Origin: Chitinophagaceae bacterium
GTDB lineage: Bacteria > Bacteroidota > Bacteroidia > Chitinophagales > Chitinophagaceae
Reading direction: 5' to 3'
Assembly: GCA_040289925.1 (NCBI GenBank)
Contig: PSMD01000009.1
Location: 368-64,367 of the forward strand
Length of the DNA: 64,000 bases
This document shows, piece after piece, positions 57,767 to 64,000 of this stretch; the stretch's first letter is position 1; every line of letters begins with the position of its first letter. A program made the translations under genes and the position numbers. The notes beneath the pieces were generated by a model. The model saw nothing but the letters and a program-made list of their open reading frames with translations. It was not told the origin of the DNA and made no database searches.

Positions 57767-58525
57767 ATGCTTAAAAACACTCTGTTAGAAGCTGTGCAGG
57801 CCGGGGCGGCAGAGTTAAGCCGTTTTTTCAATCAGTCGTTTTATGTTTCAAATAAGGTGGGCATTAATAACCTGGTAACAGAAGCCGACCATGCTTCTGA
57901 AAAAGCCATTATTGATGTCATCAAAAAAAATTTCCCGGATCATCATATTCTTACTGAAGAATCAGGCGATTTGGTACAGGACTCCCAATATAAATGGATC
58001 ATTGACCCCATTGACGGCACGGTAAATTTTGCACACAGCATTCCGCTTTGCTGTGTATCCATTGCTGTTGAACACGAGGGTGAAATGGTGTTGGCTTCAG
58101 TGTATAACCCCAACATGAACGAATTGTTTTTTGCAGAAAAAGGCAGAGGCGCAACGCTGAATGAAAAGCCCATTTCCGTCAGTAAGAAAAATAATGTGCT
58201 CAACGCATGCCTGGTTACAGGCTTTCCCTACACTTACCTGGATACACCCAATGGGCCACTGCAAATTTTTGAGCGATTCATTCGCAAAGACATCCCGGTA
58301 AGAAGGCTTGGCTCTGCAGCTATTGATTTGTGCTGGGTGGCCGCCGGAAGGTTTGATGGTTTTTATGAGCATAAATTAGAAGCCTGGGATAGTGCCGCCG
58401 GATTTTTGATTGTTGAAGAAGCCGGAGGCAAGGTGACGGATTTCAAGGGAAATAAATTTTCGCCGTACCAGCCACATGTGCTGGCCACCAACGGAATTAT
58501 TCATGATGATATGGTGTGGCGGTAA
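57767..58525 (+). CDS. suhB: Inositol monophosphatase family protein
   Basis: Motifs ILTEESG, WIIDPIDGT and WDSAAG. Start moved to ATG 57767. Confidence 0.85.
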   Translation: MLKNTLLEAVQAGAAELSRFFNQSFYVSNKVGINNLVTEADHASEKAIIDVIKKNFPDHHILTEESGDLVQDSQYKWIIDPIDGTVNFAHSIPLCCVSIAVEHEGEMVLASVYNPNMNELFFAEKGRGATLNEKPISVSKKNNVLNACLVTGFPYTYLDTPNGPLQIFERFIRKDIPVRRLGSAAIDLCWVAAGRFDGFYEHKLEAWDSAAGFLIVEEAGGKVTDFKGNKFSPYQPHVLATNGIIHDDMVWR

Positions 58526-58579
58526 TTAACAACCAGAAGCAATTGTAAACACCCCATTTTTTTAAAATTATTAAACAGC

Positions 58580-59620
58580 ATGGCAGATCAGCGAACAGAA
58601 ATTTCAACACTGGGAGAATTTGGATTGATAGAACATTTGACCAAAAACATTGAGCTGCAAAATGCTTCTTCTATTGTTGGTGTAGGAGATGATGCAGCAG
58701 TGATTGATCACTTCGGCAAGCAAATGGTAATTACTACCGACCTGCTGATTGAAGGCATTCACTTTGATTTAATGTACACGCCGCTAAAGCATTTGGGTTA
58801 TAAATCGGTAATTGTAAACCTGAGCGATGTGTATGCCATGAATGCTATACCAACGCAGATAATTGTGAGCCTGGGCGTAAGCAATCGCTTTAGCGTAGAA
58901 GCGTTGGAAGAATTTTATGAAGGGATTTATGCCGCCTGCAAATTTTATAGTGTTGATTTGGTTGGCGGTGATACTTCTTCATCTAACAAAGGTTTCATTA
59001 TTTCTGTTACAGCAATTGGCGAGGTGGCCCCGGAAAAATTTGTAAAAAGAAGCACCGCTAAAAAAGGAGATTTGGTTTGCGTGAGTGGCGATTTGGGCGC
59101 CGCCTATCTTGGCTTATTATTTTTAGAAAGAGAAAAAAAGATTTTTTTAGAAAGCCCGCAAGTGCAGCCGGACCTGGAAGGCGAGGCTTATGTAATTGGC
59201 CGATTGCTGAAACCGGAAGCCCGGAAGGACATTGTTGAATTTTTTGCAGAAAAAGAAATTCTGCCTACGGCCATGATGGATATTAGTGATGGCCTAAGTT
59301 CAGAGCTTTTACACCTGGCAAGGCAAAGCAATCTGGGTTGTTTGATTTATGAAGAAAAGTTGCCAATAGCTGAGCAAACCAGGAATGCGGCTTTTAAATT
59401 TTCACTTGATTCTACGGCCTGTGCACTAAGTGGTGGTGAAGATTATGAACTTGTTTTCACCATTAATCAAAACGATTATGACAAGGTGAAAGAAAATGCG
59501 GAGATTAGTGTGATTGGTTACATGACTGATGCTGCGGAAGGAAATTACATTGAGACCAAGGGTGGGAACAGGCATGTGATCACAGCACAGGGTTGGAATG
59601 CGTTCAATCCTCCCAAATGA
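58580..59620 (+). CDS. thiL: Thiamine-monophosphate kinase
   Basis: AIR-synthase-related fold (GVGDDAAVI, DISDGLSSEL). Confidence 0.9.
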   Translation: MADQRTEISTLGEFGLIEHLTKNIELQNASSIVGVGDDAAVIDHFGKQMVITTDLLIEGIHFDLMYTPLKHLGYKSVIVNLSDVYAMNAIPTQIIVSLGVSNRFSVEALEEFYEGIYAACKFYSVDLVGGDTSSSNKGFIISVTAIGEVAPEKFVKRSTAKKGDLVCVSGDLGAAYLGLLFLEREKKIFLESPQVQPDLEGEAYVIGRLLKPEARKDIVEFFAEKEILPTAMMDISDGLSSELLHLARQSNLGCLIYEEKLPIAEQTRNAAFKFSLDSTACALSGGEDYELVFTINQNDYDKVKENAEISVIGYMTDAAEGNYIETKGGNRHVITAQGWNAFNPPK

Positions 59621-61128
59621 AAATTTCCTCCATTATGATGCGGATATTTTTTTTACTGGTGGCTGGTGCAGTGTTTGCCGGGTGTGGCAGTGTCCGCTCA
59701 TCTTTCAACCCCAATAAAAAATTTTCTCCTCAGCAACTGGAAAAAGATTACACCGTTTTTCAAACGCTGCTGGAAAAGAATCATCCTGGTCTTTACTGGT
59801 ACACATCCAGGGACAGCATGGATTATTATTTTAACTGGGGAAGAGAGCAGATAAAAGATTCTTTAACCGAAACCCAATTCAGAAATATAATTGCTTATGT
59901 GCTGGCAAAAATTAATTGCGGCCATACCACAGCAAGGCCTTCAAAAAATTTTAGCCGCTATCTTGATACCACCCGTGATGAAAAACTGTTTCCCCTGAGC
60001 TTTAAGTTTTGGGACAAAACTGTAGTTGTAACCGGCAATTTGCACCGAAAAGATACAGTACTGGCAAGAGGATCCTTAGTGCATTCTATTAACAATATGC
60101 CAATGCAGAAAATTGTTGATACGCTTTTCAAATTCATTTCTTCTGACGGCTATAACCTAACTCACAAATACCAAATGCTGAGCAACCGCGGCAACTTCGG
60201 CAATCTTTATACAAACGTTTTTGGTTATTCACCCAGGTACCAGGTTGCTATTACCGATACGCTTGGCCGAAAACGTACAGTTACAGTGCCTATTTACATA
60301 CCGGCAAGAGACACCAGCATGATCTCCGCCGTTACACGACTGAGAAGTCAAACAAAAAAAGAAAAAAAGTTTCAGCGATTGCAGGCTGCACGTCAATTAA
60401 AAATTGATACTGCTAACAACACGGCTTACCTGGATGTAAGCACTTTTGGAAGAGGGGTACGCTTGAAACGTTTTTTCAGGCAAAGCTTTCGTTACCTGCG
60501 GCAGCACCAGGTACAATACCTGGTTATTGATTTAAGAAGTAACGGTGGCGGAAGTGTGACCAACTCAACGCTTCTTACCAAATATATTTCTGACAAGCCT
60601 TTTAAAGTAGCAGACTCGCTGTATGCCATTAGCCGCAGCACCCCTTATCACCACTACATCAAAAATTATTTTCTTAACAAGCTTTTCCTGGTATTCTTTA
60701 CAAGAAAGAAAAAGGATGGTCATTATCATTTCGGGTATTATGAAACACATTTTTTTAAGCCAAAAAGAAAAAATCATTTCAATGGCAAAACCTATGTGCT
60801 GATTGGAGGCAATTCTTTTTCTGCCACCACTTTGTTTGCTGAAGCAGTAGCCAAGCAGGATGATGTGATTTTGGTTGGGGAAGAAACGGGAGGTGGTGCT
60901 TACGGCAATACAGCCTGGTTAATACCTGATGTGCGGTTGCCTGAAACAAAAGTTGAATTTCGCCTGCCGCTGTTCAGGTTGGTGATTGATAAAACTGTTC
61001 CAAAGAACGGCAGGGGCATACAGCCCGAAGTTTTTTCAGGCCCAAACGTTGAAGCCATCCGCAGAAATGAAGATTACAAAATGAAAACCGTTTTACAGTT
61101 AATTGAAGCCGATAAAAGCAAGCAGTGA
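59617..61128 (+). CDS. S41-family peptidase-like lipoprotein (intact)
   Basis: Lipobox FAGC. The S41-type block DLRSNGGG ... GGNSFSATTLFA carries the candidate nucleophile Ser. Its ATG overlaps the thiL TGA (ATGA). Confidence 0.7.
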   Translation: MKISSIMMRIFFLLVAGAVFAGCGSVRSSFNPNKKFSPQQLEKDYTVFQTLLEKNHPGLYWYTSRDSMDYYFNWGREQIKDSLTETQFRNIIAYVLAKINCGHTTARPSKNFSRYLDTTRDEKLFPLSFKFWDKTVVVTGNLHRKDTVLARGSLVHSINNMPMQKIVDTLFKFISSDGYNLTHKYQMLSNRGNFGNLYTNVFGYSPRYQVAITDTLGRKRTVTVPIYIPARDTSMISAVTRLRSQTKKEKKFQRLQAARQLKIDTANNTAYLDVSTFGRGVRLKRFFRQSFRYLRQHQVQYLVIDLRSNGGGSVTNSTLLTKYISDKPFKVADSLYAISRSTPYHHYIKNYFLNKLFLVFFTRKKKDGHYHFGYYETHFFKPKRKNHFNGKTYVLIGGNSFSATTLFAEAVAKQDDVILVGEETGGGAYGNTAWLIPDVRLPETKVEFRLPLFRLVIDKTVPKNGRGIQPEVFSGPNVEAIRRNEDYKMKTVLQLIEADKSKQ

Positions 61129-61137
61129 TTTTTTGTA

Positions 61138-61956
61138 TTAATCAAGAATTTTAAACCGGTCGGCATCTTTCCAGAAAGGAAATTTTTCCCGTACAGCATT
61201 CAACTGCTGCTTTTTGAGTGTAACAGTAAAAATATCCTCTGCCTCTTTTTTGTGATAGAGAATTTCACCCAGCGGATCAACCACCATGCTGTCGCCGGCA
61301 TGATTTATTTTATTGCCATCTTCTCCCACCCGATTTACACCAGCAACATAGCACTGGTTTTCGATGGCTCTTGCCTGCAATAAAGTTTTCCAGGCATTGC
61401 TTCTTCTTTCAGGCCAGTTGGCCACATAGATCAACAGGTCATATTCCGGTTCGTTTCCATTGGAACCGGGTAAAGGAGAGGATTGCCTGCTCCATACAGG
61501 AAAACGAAGATCATAGCAAACCAATAAATTTATTTTCCAGCCTTTCACCGAAGCAATCAATCGTTTGTTTCCGGCAGTATAATGATTGTGTTCATCTGCA
61601 TAGGCAAACAAATGCCGTTTGTTATAATAACCGTATTGGCCATTTGGCAACATCCAGATGAGGCGATTGAAATATAGCTCACCCTCCCCGGTATTTTCTT
61701 TTATGATCACACTGCCGGTAAGAATAATTTTTTTCTCAGCAGAGATTTTTTTCATCCAGCTTATCGTTTCGCCATTCATTGCTTCGGCAAGCTGTTGCGG
61801 CCTCATGCTAAACCCTGTGCTGAACATTTCCGGAAGCACAACAATTTCGGTTGGCTGAGAAATGGCGTTGATCTTCTCTTCAAACATCCGCAGATTGGCT
61901 TGCTTATTCTCCCAATGAAGATTGGCTTGAATGCCAGTGATGGTGAGGGTTGACAT
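61138..61956 (-). CDS. Carbon-nitrogen hydrolase (nitrilase superfamily, omega-amidase type)
   Basis: Glu-Lys-Cys signature regions (VVLPEMF, KRHLF, LVCYDLRFP). Confidence 0.85.
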   Translation of the reverse strand: MSTLTITGIQANLHWENKQANLRMFEEKINAISQPTEIVVLPEMFSTGFSMRPQQLAEAMNGETISWMKKISAEKKIILTGSVIIKENTGEGELYFNRLIWMLPNGQYGYYNKRHLFAYADEHNHYTAGNKRLIASVKGWKINLLVCYDLRFPVWSRQSSPLPGSNGNEPEYDLLIYVANWPERRSNAWKTLLQARAIENQCYVAGVNRVGEDGNKINHAGDSMVVDPLGEILYHKKEAEDIFTVTLKKQQLNAVREKFPFWKDADRFKILD

Positions 61957-61965
61957 GATGTAAAA

Positions 61966-62439
61966 TTATAGAGAAGCAATCGCTTCATTCACCAACTGCG
62001 CTTCAAAACCCTTTTGCGACAAATAATCCATTGTCTTTTTCTTTCGTACCAAATATTGCTCGCCTTTTAATGCAGCGTATTTTTCTTCAGCCAGCTTTTT
62101 TAAAATTTCCAGGTATTCTTCTTCCTCAATTTGCTTCAACGCCTTTTTAATGCAGTAATCACTCACCTGCTTTTGCTTCAGCTCATATTTAATTTTAATT
62201 CGTCCCCATTGCTTCAAACGAAATTTTCCTCTTGCAAAAGCCATGGCAAACCGTTCTTCATTCAGATAATCTTCTTCAATCAAATTTGCAATCAGCTCAT
62301 CATGATCTGTTTTTCTTACACCCAACTCAAAAAGTTTTGACTTCACTTCGCTGTGGCACCGCTCCTGGTAAGCACAATAATGTTTTAGCTTTTGCAGGGC
62401 TTGTTCTTTAGTGAGAGATTTTTTGTAAAGCACAAACAA
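61966..62439 (-). CDS. recX: Recombination regulator RecX
   Basis: 157 aa. KHYCAYQERCHSEV motif and three-helix repeats. No in-frame ATG at the N-terminus, so a TTG or GTG start. Confidence 0.8.
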   Translation of the reverse strand: MFVLYKKSLTKEQALQKLKHYCAYQERCHSEVKSKLFELGVRKTDHDELIANLIEEDYLNEERFAMAFARGKFRLKQWGRIKIKYELKQKQVSDYCIKKALKQIEEEEYLEILKKLAEEKYAALKGEQYLVRKKKTMDYLSQKGFEAQLVNEAIASL

Positions 62440-62493
62440 ATTTCGGATTTCCGGTTTAGTCCCGATATACCCGGATCGGATTTATGATAACCG

Positions 62494-63408
62494 CTACTGA
62501 CCTCTATCCGCCCGGAGAGTAGATTGCGGGGTGGGGCTTATATAAAACATTACCGGTTCACTGCTCGCATCTCCGTTCACATTTCCGTCATTCAGCGGCC
62601 GGCGTTGGAAATCTAAACTTTGAATAGCCCAGATAAACCGGCGTGTATAATTTATTTCTTCCAATTTTCTCAATGAATCCTTTTGAACAGGTTCGCCGTC
62701 ACAACAACTCATGGTTAAGCTGCCTGTGGGCTCTACCCGCAAAACCCTGATTGATTTTATACCGGCAAGAAAAATTTTCCCATTTACATATTCTGCCGAT
62801 ACAGCTTTTCTTCCGTTTGCCACTGAACCAATCAGCCGGCCATTGTTTACATAGCGAAAGCTGTCTTCACTAAACATGATGAGCTTGCCGGGCTGGTACT
62901 CCACAATTTTTTGTGGAATGCTGTAGCGACCGCTAATGAAATTTTTTGCAATGCTTGTTCTTCCATCTTTAAAAACAAAAAGATTTCTTTCATTGTTACA
63001 AAAAATGATTCCGCCAAAGCTCAGCACGTTGGCCATGTGTGTATTTCCCAATTGCACTTTTGCCAGCTCGGCATCTGTTTCTTCATTGACAAAGCGATTT
63101 TTTTTTGAAACAAAATAACAAGGTGAGCGGCGGAAAGGAATTGTCCAGATTGTTTTGTTGCTGTCAATAAACAAATCAATCACTTCATTATCCGTCAAGC
63201 CGGATGAAATGGTATAGTTCTCAAATTTTTTTCCATCAAACCGGGCAACTCCGTTTTCGGTGGCTATCCACAAAAAACCACGGTTATCTAAAATGGTTCG
63301 GTACACAGAATTGGAAGGCAGGACATCTTTGACCGTGTAAATAATTGTTTGAGAGAAAAGAGCCGGGCAGCAAATAGCAGATAGTATGGTCACAAACAGC
63401 CACCGCAT
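62494..63408 (-). CDS. Secreted beta-propeller-like protein (two-component-regulator-propeller type), possibly truncated
   Basis: Signal peptide. The motif RGFLWIATENGVARFDGKKFENY resembles the Reg_prop repeats found at the N-terminus of much larger sensor proteins. It ends after 304 aa, next to recX. Confidence 0.5.
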   Translation of the reverse strand: MRWLFVTILSAICCPALFSQTIIYTVKDVLPSNSVYRTILDNRGFLWIATENGVARFDGKKFENYTISSGLTDNEVIDLFIDSNKTIWTIPFRRSPCYFVSKKNRFVNEETDAELAKVQLGNTHMANVLSFGGIIFCNNERNLFVFKDGRTSIAKNFISGRYSIPQKIVEYQPGKLIMFSEDSFRYVNNGRLIGSVANGRKAVSAEYVNGKIFLAGIKSIRVLRVEPTGSLTMSCCDGEPVQKDSLRKLEEINYTRRFIWAIQSLDFQRRPLNDGNVNGDASSEPVMFYISPTPQSTLRADRGQ

Positions 63409-63494
63409 ATTACTAAAATAGAAAAACTGGGGCAGAGTAACTATTGTTACGATTGAAACCTATCGTGAAGTTTGAAAACGGTAAAGTGAGAAAG

Positions 63495-64000
63495 CTATTC
63501 TTCCAGTCTTTCCAGGCAGCCAAATTCTTTTTTCAGAATGTGATCGTATTCATCTGCTTTTTTAAATAAGGTTTGAAATGTTTCTACGCCGCTTTCTTTG
63601 GTCATGTCCAAATCATAAATCACACTGGAAAGAACGATGTTTTGTTTTACACAACTGAGCACCATGCCCCGCATTTGATAATTTTTTTGCAGCAAAAACT
63701 GGTAAGCGGTTTTATTTTGGTGGCATCAGCAGGTAATTGGCATAAGTAAGCATCGCCTGCAATAAAATAATTCTCCGGGTTGTAATTAATCTTGATCTTG
63801 GCAGAGCCTTCTTTAACGCTCCAGGTATTTTGTCCTTCACGGGCCAGTTTAATATCCTTACCCAGTTCTTTTAAAATTTCTTCAATGGTTTTTGCAACAC
63901 CAACCGGTTCGGCTTCTTTCTCCGGCATTTCAGGCAACTTTAACTCGGTTCCACAACTGGGGCAATATTTTTTTGAGTCAATATTAGCCGGCGTTACCAA
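63495..64000 (-). pseudogene. YbjN-like (putative sensory-transduction/chaperone fold) protein with N-terminal Cys pair, frameshifted; runs off the right edge
   Basis: ORFs 63647-64000 and 63495-63695 overlap in different frames and join around the T7 run 63682-63688. The N-terminal part contains CPSCG. Confidence 0.5.

Overview
This is a chromosomal window from a Bacteroidota genome. The evidence is the gliding-motility genes gldD/gldE/gldH, TAnnTTTG-type promoter boxes, a fused BCKDH E1 alpha/beta gene and many lipoprotein or secreted genes. The gene content looks Chitinophagales/Sphingobacteriia-like, but I cannot confirm that without a search.

About 50 ORFs are intact and mostly housekeeping:
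- gmk, ssb, dusB, cdsA, psd and lpxD
- 3-hydroxybutyryl-CoA dehydrogenase and BCKDH E1
- two M16 peptidases and an MqnC/E-like radical SAM enzyme
- saccharopine dehydrogenase, xdhA-xdhB-xdhC and NifU
- uvrD/pcrA, msrA, suhB, thiL and recX
- an OmpR/histidine-kinase pair

I found no rRNA, tRNA, CRISPR array, prophage or recognisable defence island.

The most striking signal is that about 12-13 loci are broken by in-frame stops, frameshifts (often at A7-A8 runs), a lost start codon or internal deletions. Nearly all of these encode secreted, outer-membrane or lipoprotein products.

Other points worth a second look:
- a REP/BIME-like cluster of CTAC-containing stem-loops, with a solitary RAYT-like HUH transposase elsewhere in the window
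- a candidate small RNA or leader with a strong intrinsic terminator upstream of a yicC-gldH-kinase-regulator operon
- 7-bp-phased RATT arrays in 5' regions
- a multi-pass-membrane/P-loop NTPase fusion divergent from the xdh operon
- a signal-less NlpC/P60-like protein interrupted by an amber codon
- a large secreted protein with a caspase-like His/Cys signature
- a low-complexity secreted protein paired with a beta-barrel

All family names come from motif recognition and memory. No database search was run.
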